Shown here: in pieces, positions 28,250 to 43,291 of the stretch
How the letters are laid out: every line of letters begins with the position of its first letter
How positions within the stretch are numbered: the stretch's first letter is position 1
DNA from: Oikopleura dioica
Lineage: Eukaryota; Animalia; Chordata
Length of the DNA: 64,000 bases
Direction: 5' to 3'
Assembly: GCA_907165135.1 (NCBI GenBank)
Contig: OU015566.1
Coordinates: 1,488,001-1,552,000, forward strand
Translations under genes and position numbers: made by a program
The notes under the pieces: model-generated
The model's input: the letters and a program-made list of their open reading frames with translations, nothing else
Database searches by the model: none
Told to the model about the DNA's origin: nothing

Positions 28250-29755
28250 CAATTTATTTTAGGCAAAGGAGAATTGCTTTTGCTGTGTTTTTGACAGGTA
28301 TAATTCTCTGATCAAATTCGCGGAAGTAAACTCCCTCTTGCAAGTAGCTTGGCTGACCACTAGAAATTTTTGATTCATTCGAAATTAAGGCTGTTTTTTA
28401 CCTGCACCAAGGAAAGCCACTTTTTGACGAGTTGAATTGATGTTGTTTGAACCCAATGTTGATGAAGGTATAGAACAATTTTTCACTAAGGAAAATAATC
28501 AGAGTCCCTTTCAACGAAGTTCTTTACATTTTATCAGATGCTTTTCTCACGGTCCAGGTTTTGTCGAACCAATCGTTTTCTAACACTCGATATTTTTGAA
28601 AAATGATGCGTTTATCTTCATTTTCGGACAGTCGTAATCTTTCGAATTGCCATGGAAAACAATGACACGTCCTAAGTCATCGAATAGCTCGTCTTCGCAG
28701 AAAAATCTGACAGGGACATCTATCTCCTCTGCTGAAAAGAGCGTGAATTTAATAGTTCGAGCTGAATTCGACTCACAAAGAAGCGCGCAAAAAAGAAGAC
28801 CACTTTTCTCAGTTGTTTTTAAAATATAAATTTGATTGTCTTCTTCTTCTTTTCGCTTTTGAATGTACTCTGGATAATTTGTGTTATCATCATCGATCCA
28901 AAAAGCCGCTCCACCAAAATAACCAGGGTCAAAATGTCCGAAATCGATGCTTTTCCAGTTCAAGATTCTGAAAGGCTTCGTCGGAAGAGTCATTCCTCGA
29001 TCTTCACAGGACTTTTTCGCATCTTCGAAATGAAATCTCCCCGCTATGAGCTGACCGTCAAATACTGAAAATATCTGGTGATGAATAAATTTTATTTTTG
29101 CTTAAGGACCCCCGTCAGCTTTTTTCGAAAAATCAAATTTCGGAATTTTAAAATTTTGACCCCGGAAATGAATTCTTCGGGTCAAAAAACGATTTTGAGG
29201 CTACATTTTTTGGGGGTCTATCTCGACTCTAAGACCCTCAAAATCGCATTTGAAAATTGGACTTTTCGCCGAAAATTGACGAATTTGCCCTAATTTTGGC
29301 AAAAATATTGATTTTTCTTGGTCCTCTTATCAAGTTTTTGAAGCAAGTTTAACTTGAGAACGCATTACGACCGAAAATACGGTGTTTTTCAAAATTTCCA
29401 TTTTTTACGAAAAAAGCTGACGGGGGGGGGGTCCTTAATCATTACTTTCTCCTTGAATGTCTGCTGAAATGTTGAAAATTCTTTCTCCCGGTTCCGTTTC
29501 ATTGCTTTTCTAAACGACATTAGCAAAAATTCAATTTTCGTAAAATAAAACTTACGATTTTTTCATTGGCTTCACCATAAGAAATTCAAAATCATCAAAA
29601 TCCTCCATTCTTGGTATATCATTGTCGTCCGAAAGATACAGCAGAGCTCCGATAAAAATACTTAAAAAAAAGAAAAAAAAATAAATGATCGTTTGCTTAC
29701 GCAAGAAGCAGAAAAACTGTGGAAAAAATTTCGAAAAAATGTCTTTTTCTGATCA
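28250..29755 (-). CDS. Secreted/membrane protein with a degenerate C-type lectin-like domain
   Basis: N-terminal MIRKRHFFEIFSTVFLLL; FEDAKKSCEDRGMTLP...FWIDD. Ends approximate. Confidence 0.5.
29102..29438. mobile_element. TTAA-flanked MITE, copy 3 of 3 (variant TIR)
   Basis: ttaaggacccccgtcagctttttt ... aaaaaagctgacggggggggggtccttaa; interior matches copy 2. Confidence 0.9.
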
Positions 29756-29906
29756 TTTTGAATCCTCAAATGGTATTTTTATGATATTGTTCTTTATTTT
29801 GCTTGTTTCACGTAAATCAATCCATGCGAAACCTAAACATATGTTTTCTTCAAGCTCCTGTGCTTATGATATTGAGCCTATTGAGCTTATAATCAGAGTT
29901 TCAAAA

Positions 29907-30343
29907 CACGCGTGTGCGTGCGCGCACGCGTGCGCGTGCTTGCGTGTTCTCGCACGCCCACGCACTCGCACGCGCATTTTGAAAATTGTTGTGCACGCGC
30001 ACGCACGCGCACGCGACGATTGAGATTGCGCACGCGTGCATGATCGTGCGCGTGCGAAAAATCTGATAAATTTAGGCTTTTTATAATTATTTAGGCCGAA
30101 ATAATTTCTAGAGTATGTACAAGAATAGAAATCTTCCGTATTTTCTGCCATAAAAAGCAATTTTGACTTGGTTTTAGGAATAATATTTCTAGAATTTGCA
30201 TCTTTCGTGAGTAAAAAAATGAAAAAGGCCTAAAAATCGAAAAAATCAACAAATTTTATCCCGATCTGCGCACGCGCAGGATCATGCACGCGTGCACACG
30301 TGTTCGAAAATTGCCTCTGCACGCGCACGCACGCGCACGCGAA
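29907..30343. repeat. Inverted pair of alternating purine-pyrimidine (CGCACG/CGTGCG) tracts
   Basis: cgcacgcgtgcatgatcgtgcgcgtgcg...ataaattt is mirrored by aaattttat...cgcacgcgcaggatcatgcacgcgtgc. Confidence 0.8.
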
Positions 30344-30757
30344 ATTTCGGAAGCCCCCTGGGTTATGCCTTGGGTGGGGGGACTCGGGGGGCGTAGCCCC
30401 TGGGTTAGGTTCAGGGTTAGGGGCCACTCGAATGATAACCCTCATCTGTTTTTCTAGGTGGTTGCCGACCCCAGGTCTACATTTCATGATTCTGAACAAA
30501 ACTGCACAACAGAGTAAGACAAAAACAAAGCAAGATAATCTCGCGCGCAATCCATTTTCTCTCCTGAGTGCCTTGCTCCTTTCTTCAAACGTGGCAGTTG
30601 TCACGTTTTTGGAAGTATTCCTCATTCAGGAAAGCGTTTAATACTTGAGCACTTGAAATCAAACGCGATTCGTCTCCGGCGCAGGTGTCACTTTTTTGTT
30701 CTTTTTAATCCTCTTTCTACTTTATAAACCGTCGAAAATGCAATTTCTTTGAAAAAA

Positions 30758-32364
30758 ATGCGACTTTTTCGAGCATTTCCGTTGTTGGCCTCAATTCTAG
30801 CGCAAAAACCGGGAGAAGAAATAATTCACCAAGGAAGATCATTTTTCGTCGGTCAATCGAGAATCAAGTCAATTGATCCAATGGAAGTGAACCCTCTTTT
30901 GCCAAACGAAAAAAGTGAGTTTTTAATTATAGAGATTTTCGGCCACCTAAGCCATATAATTAAATGCGTTTTGGCGCTGGAAAATGAAGGATTTTAATTC
31001 GGGGTTTAGAAAAAATATTCAAGCGCTCTCAAGAATTTTGATTGACTTTCTGAATATTAAGAAAAGGGTGATGACGACCCTGACGATGAGTTTATTGGTA
31101 AAGTGACAATTTTTTTTATTCATTTTTTATTTTATTTTTATCTTTTTTTTTATCTTTTTCTTCTTATTTTTTATCAACTTTTTTATGAAGCCGTTTTTCG
31201 AAACAAAAATTATTAACCAATCAAAAGTCTTGATTTTTTGATGCAGCAAATAAAAATCAAGAAAAACGATTGGTTAATAATTTTTCAGAAATATCAAATT
31301 TTCATGTTATTGAAAATCGGTTTTCCACAATTTTTATAAACATTTTTTCTTTTTTACCTTTGGATTTGGACAATTTCAAATCTTCCTTTTTTTCTTATTT
31401 TTTTATACTTTGTCCTTTACTTTACTGAGATTTTTCAGGAGATTCTTTATGTTACGAGCGAATAACAGCAGGGATTCCTCCTTGTTGCGATGACATCAAT
31501 CTAGAGTGCTATGGGTGCAACCCTTTTTTGATCGAGGACGGAATCGTAAGTGCTTTTCTTGTCTACGGAACCTTATCGTCGTTAAGCCTTGCTTGGAGCA
31601 GCCAACTGACAGTCTTCAAACACACAGTCGGGATTGCTTCTGCGACGCAAGCTGCATCATTTTCAAAGACTGCTGCGTCGACCATCCAATCACATGCAAA
31701 CATCTTTACACCTCGACCACCACACAAAGATCTACCACTACCACGTCCACAACAACCACCACAACAACAACAACGGCGACAACAACGACTAAAACAACGA
31801 CAACAAGAACAACCACGACGACGACAACGCTCGAAAAACCAACTGAATCATGGATTTTTCGACGACTTTTCAAGGTAAGCGCGGATTTTTCAGCTTTGAT
31901 GAGTCATCTATGATTTCAGATTTTCAACGACTTGAGCGCTGAAAAATACTCTTCTTCCCCAAAAATGTCTCGGATGAAAAAGAAGATCCTGCACGTCTAC
32001 AACTGGCTGCTGAACGCTGAACATCGTTGTCGATTTTTTATCGCCCCACTGATCGAGGATCCAGATGATGGGTCGATCACCGAGTATAACTATTACTGGA
32101 GCGTGACGGAAGATACCAGTCAGCCGATTAGCGGGAGGTTTGCGACGCTTGGTTCTGCGTTTCAGAAATATATTGGGGGCTATTACTGGGATGCTCCTAG
32201 GAAACGGTTGATAAGAAAACGAGCGCTTATCTCTTGAAAAAAATCGTCAACTGAAAACAAAGTAATCTGAGAAAAGGAATCCAAGGCTGCGATGGAAAAA
32301 GAGTCACTGGTGCACCGCCAACGTTTCAGAAATTCGGCAAACATTTCAGAACCAAAAGGCTGAA
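30758..32364 (+). CDS. Secreted protein with somatomedin-B-like domain and poly-Thr stalk
   Basis: Signal MRLFRAFPLLASILA; DCFCDASCIIFKDCCVDHPITC; T-rich linker; C-terminal helical domain. 3' end approximate. Confidence 0.7.
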
Positions 32365-34047
32365 AAGAAAAACTTCAAAAGTAAGCTCTTCTCCAAAACG
32401 CTCATTCATTAATTTGAATTTAGATGATCAAAAAGTTTATGGTCCGTAAACCGTAAACTATGAAGTCTTCAGATTTCAGACAAATAGAAGTTTCTCTCAA
32501 ACTGTACATAAAATTATATTTTGGTTGAAAATATACCATTCTGTTCTTATTTGATTGACTTGTTTGCTTTAATTTCTGATTTTCGCACATTTTAAAATGT
32601 CTTACAGGAAATAGAAGAAAAAGCAAATATTTTGTTAGACGATTTACAAAGCATATTTTTTCCACAGAAAAGAAGTGTTGAAGAAAATTAAAGAAGAAAG
32701 AGAATAATTTTCGAGTCAGCAAAAGTCAAAGTCGGTCAAAGGTCACGACAAAAGCAGGTGCCACGTCCCCACAGTGCGCCCAAATAATCTTTATCATCAT
32801 ATATTGTTGGCTCATCGGCGAAGTATCGCTCCTGGGCACGGCGCTATTCTCAGTTGCCAAAGTTGTTAAAAAAATTTCCTTGAAAAAAACAACTATCAAG
32901 AGAAAATCAAGAAAAGAAAACGAAAAAATGAAATTTTATTAAAAAAAAATACATTGAGGTTTGTCACTTTTCTTTTTATAAAATTGAGTTTTTGATGAAA
33001 CAGAATCTATTTTTCTCTTTTTGGAAAATTTTCCGTCGAAGATAAAAAAGGTCAATATTTGACCGAGACCTGAAAGTGCTATTGACTTGAGTCTTTTGTC
33101 TTACTAACTGTGTGCTGTAAATTAGCAATGACAGAAGCTTCAGCAGATAGTGTCAATAAATAGAGAAAAATAGTCGCGAGCAGTAAACAGCTGTTTACGG
33201 GGAGAAAAAAGAGGGCCACTGAGAAAAATCAAGAGAAAAATAGGTAGAAAAAATTTTCAAAGGGGTCCCCTTAATACGATATATTTCGAAATCGGCCTTT
33301 TAGACAAAAGTTCGGCCTGTTTGGTTGGTTTTTTCCGCGTTTTTTGACTTCTTTTTTTCATCTCTTGAAAAAATCCGTTCGCGATCGTCATATGCGTTGA
33401 TTAATAATTAATCCCTCCTTCAGAAAAAAAAATCAAATTAGAAAGAAAAAGAGTCGATTAGGTCAATTCCCAGTTGGCTTTTGGCCAGCCAACTGAGACG
33501 CTTCTCGTTCTCTTACTCTCGCGTTTTCTCTCTGTAGCGCTTTTTCCTTTTTGGAACCTTTCTGAAAATAAGATTAGATAAATAAAAGCTAAAAAATTGG
33601 AAAAAATGATTAGAGAATATCTCAGAAATTGCAATAAGAGAAAATGATCAATCGAAAATGCGTTGAATAAAAGACAGTAATTGTCAAGGAAAAATGACAG
33701 TAAGTTTGATTCAGTAAAACTGTTTTTTTTTTGTCCTTTTTACGCATAATTTGACCAAAAACTCGATTATTTTTTTTGCCGATTTAATATTTGACAAAAA
33801 TTTTGTCAAAATTTTCGCAATTTTTTGTCCATTTCGCCCATTTTTTTCGTGAAAAATGCTTTTAATAACTTCTTCTTTTCAAAAAAATTGAACAAAGAAC
33901 GCCATGAGCGTCATTTTCTTCATTTTTTCTTCGAACAAAAACGAATTCTCCCCATTTTTCTTTCAAAAACGCTGATGCAGGTTTTCGCCTTTTTTCATTC
34001 TTGAGAGATCTTATCACTGTAAATTTTAGTTGAGCAAAGAAACAAAG

Positions 34048-36081
<2,034 letters not shown>

Positions 36082-36389
36082 GCCCTAGAACTCTTGAAAC
36101 CCTAGAAATCAGCTCAAGAACAAACTCTAGAACAAAAACAAAGTACTGTAGAAGAAGGAGATCAGAACAAAAACCAAAATCCTGTGCATTAAAAAGAAAA
36201 ATACAAAAATGCTGCTCTGTAAATTATTTTCTCGACCAAAAATTAATAAAATTAATTTCAAATAAATTTGAAATTTTCATCTTATCAGAATTTTTTACCG
36301 CAATTCAGCTGAAAAAGGTCACGCTGCGTTAGAGCTCGGGCGAGGCCGTTTTTGGGAAGAAAATTATGAAAGCCTAAAACAGAAAAATA

Positions 36390-37615
36390 ATGAAAGTTTC
36401 AGTTTTTCTTTTGCCTTTTGCGAATTCTTGCAGGCAGAGCAGCTCAGTTATAAATCTGAAGAGTTCGAGAAGAGGTGGAAAAGATGATTTTACGAAGATT
36501 TCGGAGAAGGTGATTGATTGCGTTCTTGGGGCGAAATATGAAGAGAATTTTCATGAATATGTTGCTGATCAGAGTGAGTGGCTCATGATGCTCAGGATGA
36601 ACTGTGGATCAGGAGAAATTCAAAATAAAGATAAAAAGATAAAAAAAAAGGCTTTTCCTCCCCAAAAAAGGGGAGGTGTCTGGAACCGACAAAAAATTTC
36701 GACAAATTTTGCGTAGGCGGCTACTAGGCTGCTGATTGGCCGGTTTGTCGAATCCAGGCTTCTGATTGGCTGAAAATTTCAATGCAAAATTTGTCGAAAT
36801 TTTTTCGTCGGTTCCAGACACCTCCCCCTTTTTGGGGCCCTAACCCTAACTCTAACCCTAACCCTATCCGAACAAAAATTATTGTTGAATTTACGAAAGT
36901 TTGTTCCTCTGTCAATTCTCTCGACTGCTACAAATGTTGGGAGCAGAATCTCATCTCCGAATCTGCCTTTGACGAGCTCTGCTATTTCTACCAATTCGAA
37001 AACTGCCAGTACGAAAATGACTTTCGAAGATTTTTTCGAAAGGCGAAAAATTGTCTTTCGCGAAAATTGAATCTCAACGAGCTGATTCAAGAAGAATCGA
37101 TGCGAGAAAAAATTATGCTCATGGATTTCGAGCTTGGTTCAGCCCGAAACGAGCAAATTCCGAGGAACGAAATAGAAATTCCAGAAAAAGATGTTTATTT
37201 CCGAAGCTTTGGAAAATGCATAAAAGTCGACGAGCAAGACCTTTTGAGGTTTCTACAGACAGCGCAATTCATCGAAAAATGCCTTGGAAAATGCGAAATT
37301 TGCGAAAATCGAGAAGAAATTTCAAAATGCGCTAAGTGCTGGAAAAACTCCTTGAACTTGAGTTCTGAAGCCTTCATCGGTAAAATTGCTGAATGAAAAA
37401 ATTTTCTTGAGTTTTTAGCATTCTGCCAACTTCCCTACAAAAACTGCGAAAATCTCAAGCAGAACACGTGGACGCGCCAAATCTCGGTAAGACCGATTTT
37501 TTCGAAGCATGTTTATTGAATCACTGACCTTCTTTTAGAAATGCATCGACAAGGTCGCGCGCAAGAAACAGAAAAACTTCAATTATCTTTTGATTAACTG
37601 GAGATTTCATGGTTA
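36390..37615 (+). CDS. Cys-rich secreted protein, hypothetical
   Basis: Signal-like MKVSVFLLPFANSC; several C-x2-C pairs in ORF 36782-37396; canonical downstream introns. Confidence 0.5.
36660..36836. mobile_element. ~160-175 bp MITE carrying two CCAAT boxes, copy 1 of 3
   Basis: TIR ggggaggtgtctggaaccgac...tttcgacaaattttgc; core gctgattggcc...cttctgattgg shared with 40687-40842 and 44146-44279. Confidence 0.85.
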
Positions 37616-37889
37616 GCGACTGACTGTTTATTCTGTAAAAAATATGAAATACAGGAAGGATGATTTCTTAAATACGATGACTTTGATTCTTGTCAATCTT
37701 TTTGGAGCTTCAAAAATGCCGAAAAATCACTAAAAACCCAATAAAAAAATCAAAAATTGAGGCTCCAATCCTTAATTTTCGGTGAGTTACTTGCTCTTCG
37801 TTGATGTTGTTCTTGCTGTTTTCTTGTTAATCTGTTCTTTGAAGAGCTCCTTAAAAATCTCATCAACGCGTCATTCAATCTTTCATTTT

Positions 37890-40056
37890 TTACCGTCCGC
37901 TCGCGCTACCAGTTTTCTCGGAACCGCTTCCAGTCGAGGCAGAAATTGGTTCGAGCGGAGAGAACTGGTCTTTTGACAGTTTTCTGATGCCAGAGTTCGG
38001 CATCCCGTGAATTTCGGGAATCGACATTGGCGGGGGAATGGGAGGAAGCGACATAGAATCGTGAGTCGAAGAAAAGCATTCAGAACCAGCTTGGGTTCGA
38101 TTTGGGTCTAAACCAGCGCCGAGAGAATCTTGAAAAGAGGTGTTGATTTGGGGAATTTTTATTTGCATTACCGAAGTAAGGGGGTGAGGGATCTTCTTGA
38201 AACGCTCGCCTGATTCGAATCCAGCCGATATACCAGAGCTCAAGGACGTTGATGATGCAGGTGATCAGGCCGATGATGTATTTGTAGTTGAAGAAAATTG
38301 TTCTGAAGATGTCAGTTTTAGATAATTTTGAAAACCATAATGACGAAAAAAATTAAAATTTTAAGCATTATCTGGTTCATTTTTAGGCGAGAAACTTTGA
38401 TAATGATAGAAATATTCTTCACGTTTACCAAGATTAAGAATTCTTACTTTTCTGTCGGTCTAGAAACGAAGCAATTAACTTGATAAGGACATGGATCAGT
38501 TGAGCAGACGAAGATTTCCGGAACGATAAATCTGAAATCTCACTATTTCTCTAGACCTTCATAATTCTACCTGTAGGGATAAACGAGCCACTGAACAGTC
38601 AAAAAGCCAAAGTCAACCATAGTCCGAAAAATGATCTGATAAATGTAAAATCTCCAAATTTTCCTCTCCATCGACGATTTCGCCGCCGCATCGCTCCGAT
38701 ACTCCGCTGAAATCAACGGTGAAAATCAAGTCTCCCAGAATTCGCTACCTGGGATGATCATGGTGTTGAATCGCGCGTATTTTCGCTGCTTCTTTTGAAA
38801 TTTCTGAATTTTCCTGAAGCTTAGACCGTTGTTAGACTCGGAGAGAATGTTTTGGCTGAAGGAATCCATGCTTTTCTGGTCGCTTTGGTTGTTGTTGCTT
38901 TGGTTGATCTGCGGTTTTGTGTCAGTTTGAGCCTAAAATTGACGATTTTCGAAAATAATTTTTTCTACTTTTTGAATTTTCATAGCATTCTTTCGCTCTC
39001 GATCTTCATTTTGCGCCCTTGAAACTAAGTGAAGGACATAAACGAGATACAGACACGCAGGAATACAGCAGCCAAGGAGCTGAAGTCCCCAGAGACGGAC
39101 ATTGGAAATCGGCGCGAATTGATTGAAACAGACGTTTTCGCAACCGACTTCTTTCGTGTTGCATCTTTTTTATTTTGACAAATAAAATAGGTGGTGGCCT
39201 AAAATGTCGTCCAGTTGCTGCATGTGCGGCCTGAAACGGCTCTCCTGTTCCTGCATGTGTAGGCCTACAACGTCTTTCCTGTTCCTGCATGTGTTGCTTA
39301 AAACGTCTTTCCTGTTGCTGCATGTGTTGCCTAAAACGTCTTTTCGGCCCCTAGGCTAATATCTGTTTTCCTGTCTCATCGTTACGTAAGAAGCCGAGTC
39401 ATCGTCGAGGCTAGCTATTACTGCTATTATTGGGCTGTTAGGCGACGTGGTTTTCCAAGCATCTCTCGACTCACTCATTCATTTAGCCTAGGGGCCTAAA
39501 AGACGTTTTAGGCAACACATGCAGCAACAGGAAAGACGTTCTGAGCAACACATGCAGGAACAGGAAAGACGATTTAGGCCTACACATGCAGGAACAGGAG
39601 AGACGTTTTAGGCCGCACATGCAGCAACTGGACGACGTTTTAGGCCACCACCTATTTTATGATGAAAATGAAAAAGGGTAGGATTTTTAGAAATTTTACT
39701 TATTCTATTTCTAGAAAAAAATTGATGAAATTAATAGAAAAATCATAAAACTTTATTTTTAGTAGTGAATTTATACTATTGCTTATGTATTTAGGTGATT
39801 TTCATAACCAAACATCCTCAAGCATTGCTATCGTTAGGAGACTACTGCTAATGTTCTCAATTGAGAAGTTATCATTGCACTTCCTGTATTTCTGTCAAAA
39901 ATTCCTGAACTCTTTCTGCTCATCACTCCAGGCCCTCTCCGCAAAAGTCAACATTGTCAGTCGAAAAATTACAATAATCGTAGCCCAGTACTTCCCAAAA
40001 ATCGTCGAGTGCCGAGCCGCCTTTTCCAGCAGCGGGTCAATATACCGCCAAGTCAT
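37890..40056 (-). CDS. Connexin (gap junction protein), intron-containing
   Basis: HSTIFGKYW...WSDEQKEF, CNTKEVGCENVCFNQFAPISNVRLWGLQ (EL1), [23 protein letters not shown] (EL2), four TM segments. C-terminal end uncertain. Confidence 0.95.
39183..39659. mobile_element. Foldback/MITE with ~175 bp arms built of ~30 bp tandem units, in connexin intron 1
   Basis: Left units cctgtt(c/g)ctgcatgtg...aaaacgtc mirrored on the right; taaaataggtggtggcc ... ggccaccacctatttta. Confidence 0.88.
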
Positions 40057-40291
40057 CCTTCCTTCTTTCTCTTTCGATTTCTCTACGACTAGATAGTATC
40101 TGGATCTCCCTCTTTCTTTTTGATGAAAAGGTTAACAAGGAGTGCGATTTAATAATTATTGAATAATTTGAGCGGGGTCAGTTGCGCGCGATTAACACTT
40201 TTGCTTGGCTCAATGTTCAAGTTTAAGACAGTTTTTTATTCGATAAAAAGAAAGAAAAAAAAATGCTAAAATTTTTATTTTTTGAAAAAAG

Positions 40292-41019
40292 TCAAGTTCG
40301 CGCGATGGTTTTTTCAGCAGGAGCGATCGAGTTTCCATTCAAAAGTCGGTCCATCGAATTGAGCTCTAGAATACACGTCTGGTTGAAAGAAGAAAATTAA
40401 GGGTATACCTTTGGCTTCCTGAATCATCGCACAATTCGAGCAGAAACAGTGGAGGCAAACGTCGGTAACAAAAGAGCCGGGAATCATCTTTTTCTTTCGA
40501 ATTTGGCTTCTCAACAATCCTCGAGTGCACTTGATCGAGTTTGAAGAAGGAATAAATTATTGAAAAATAATGCGTTTTCAAAACTCTTTCCGGATTCATT
40601 TGGTAGCAAAATCGCGATCCCCATGTTTCTGGCTCATAAAGGTACAATAAAAATTTTGGATTAAAAATTTGGGGCCTTAATTTTGAGGAAGTATGAGGAA
40701 GCGACAAAAATCCCGACAAATTTTGCGTGGAAATTTTCAACCAATCAGAAGCTTGGATTCGGAATAACAGCCAATCAGAAGCTGAGAAGCCGCCCACGCA
40801 GAATTAATTGCGATTTTTTTGTCGATTCCTAACGACGCCCCCTTATTTCTTGCTTTTTTTCAATTGTGCCCTTTCCTTCTCCTCAACTCCCTCGATATTC
40901 TTCCCCGCAACAATCCAAGGCACACAACAAACTGACCCCAAAATCGACCAGTTCCCGAAAATATCAAACAATCCATTTTTCCATCCTGCTGGGGAACTTG
41001 CTGACGCAGATCTCGACAT
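40292..41019 (-). CDS. PLAC8/cornifelin family protein
   Basis: GWKNGLFDIFG...VCCVPW; RSQIRKKKMIPGSFVTDVCLHCFCSNCAMIQEA. Confidence 0.85.
40687..40842. mobile_element. CCAAT-box MITE, copy 2 (intronic)
   Basis: Reverse-orientation match to 36660-36836. Confidence 0.7.
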
Positions 41020-41692
41020 CACTAAATTTACTTCTCTGTTTTTAAAATTCTGCTTATTGAGAATTTCGACAATTGAAATAAAAAAAGAAAAACTCGATGT
41101 GTTTTTGTTTCCATGGAAAATAAATCTCAAGATTATTCTTGATTTTCAAGAGCTTTAAGTGTTCACTAACGAGTTTGCCCCATTTATTTAAAAAAGCCTA
41201 TTTGAACTTCTTGCCAATAATTTGATCGCTAATCCAAATCATTGATAAAGTCGAAATTGAATGACCCACCAATTATTCTAGCGCTAGATAGATCCCATAG
41301 TCAATTATGACTCGTGAATAAGTAAATAAAGACCAACACGAGCACCACGTTGCTAGTTGCTGGTAATAACAATCGTAATTTAAAGCGGAAGGGTGTTTCC
41401 AAAGTATGAGATGGAACAATCAGTTTTGGGATCAACATCTTATAAAAAAAACTTTCTGCTTTTTCAGGGCATTTTGAACGTACTTATTATGGCAGTCAAT
41501 TAATGTATTCAGATATAGACTTTTATAACAAAACAAATAATCAGAAAAGAATGAATTTTGTGGTAAAAGTTTTTACGCTCGAAACTTTATGAATAAATTT
41601 TTTGAACCATGAAAAATCGAGCGTTTTCCGTCCTCAAACATGAAAAGAAACATAATATTAAGTTACTAACTAAAAAGTAAAGTGCACTTAAA

Positions 41693-42919
41693 ATGAGTCA
41701 GAGAACGAGCTACAGAGATCGACCTGCTACAGAGAGTCCTATTGGAAGTACAAATTCAAGTTTTTCTTCAAGACTTCCCTGGTTACCCGAGGAACAAGAA
41801 GATAGATGGTGGAAATTCAGATATTGCAAATTGAAGATTCCTTTTATGACATTAGGTGCAAGGCCAGGTTAAAAAACATATTTTTTAATTTTAAAATCCT
41901 TATGAAGAAATATATAAAAATCAATCAAAAATTGACCCTTTAAAAGTGTGATTATTCTTACATTTTCTTTGGTAATCTATTTGGTATTACGAGATCAAGC
42001 AACTCCAATCACAGACTTTACATTGACGAATTCATCATCAATGACATCAACCACAATACCGACAACTACGACATTAACAACTGAAAAATCGTCAACGACT
42101 ACGACAAATACGACAGATATGACAGCTACGACAACAACGACAACTTCGACTGAAATATCCTCTACAACTACGACAAATTCGACAACTACGACAGCTACGA
42201 CAACACCGACAACTACGACTGATATATCCTCTTCAACTACGACAAATTCGACAACTATGACAGCGGAGACAATAACGGCTCATACGACATTTACGACAGC
42301 TACGACAACAACGACAACTTCGACTGAAATATCGTCTTCAACCTCGACAAATTCCACAACTACGACAAATTCGACAATTACGACAGCTACAACAACTACG
42401 ACAGCTACGACAACACCGACAACTACGACTGAAATATCCCCTACAACTACGACAAATTCGACAACTACGACAGCAGAGACAAATTTATCGTTTCGAATTT
42501 ATCCTGATAATGAAATGATAAAGATTTCTCGAAATGAGGCATCGGCAAATTGCACTATAAAGGGCGAGAAATTAGGGAAGGACACGATCGGTCATCTTGC
42601 ATTTTTTCGCGACGCAACTGAGTATAATCAATTTCTTAGAAGCATAAAGCTAAATCAAGTAATTATCTGGGTAGGATACTCAAAACAAAAATTTACAAAT
42701 GTGTGCTTCAATGAGGACGGAACTAAAGCATCGTATATGCCAACAGCTTTAGAATCAGACAATGGTTGCGCACAATGGCATGGCGGATTCGTTAGCGGAA
42801 TTCATATTGTTGGATGTGGCGGCCCTTTTGGTGTTATGCGGTCATGTGGGTACTATACCCACATTCGACTCTCTCTTCGAACGTGGGTACCGGTACCCAC
42901 GCTCAGCATTTTCGGCTAA
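41693..42919 (+). CDS. Type II membrane mucin-stalk protein with C-terminal C-type lectin-like domain
   Basis: TM IILTFSLVIYLVL; Thr-rich repeats ~42040-42480; NEASANC...GHLAFFRD...IWVG...GCAQW...GC. Confidence 0.65.
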
Positions 42920-43291
42920 CGTGGGTACCAAGCTTTTCGAAAATAAATCAACTCTAGAAATGAGAATACTGAAAAAATGTGGTTTGACCAAGTCATGAGT
43001 TTACTTACAATTCATCCGCGGAGCGGACACTTCGCCTTTTTTTATAGTTCAACTGTCGTTTTTGGTATGAGATTCTTACTCTACGACTGATTTTAATTTG
43101 GGAGAAGCCATTTGTCAAAGAATATTCTTACTACGATTGCCGTTTTGAAACAGTCTGCAGTTGACTTTAACTCAACCAAACCCAAAATGAAGCATGGAAC
43201 CCAAAAGTTTTTGATAAGAGTTTATTTACAGCATTAAAGATTCAGAATCTTTCGTCGATCAGTTTTTCATCATCAATGACATCAGCATTTT

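Noticed and set aside
29685-30641. ORFs with HAHACA/RARA repeats
   Set aside because: Translations of the alternating purine-pyrimidine repeat.
32700-33900. Possible gene between the SMB-domain gene and the mannosidase
   Set aside because: Only short low-complexity ORFs; no consistent exon chain could be built.
39006-39323. ORF MQQQERRFKQH...
   Set aside because: Made of the foldback tandem units plus an off-frame reading of a connexin exon.
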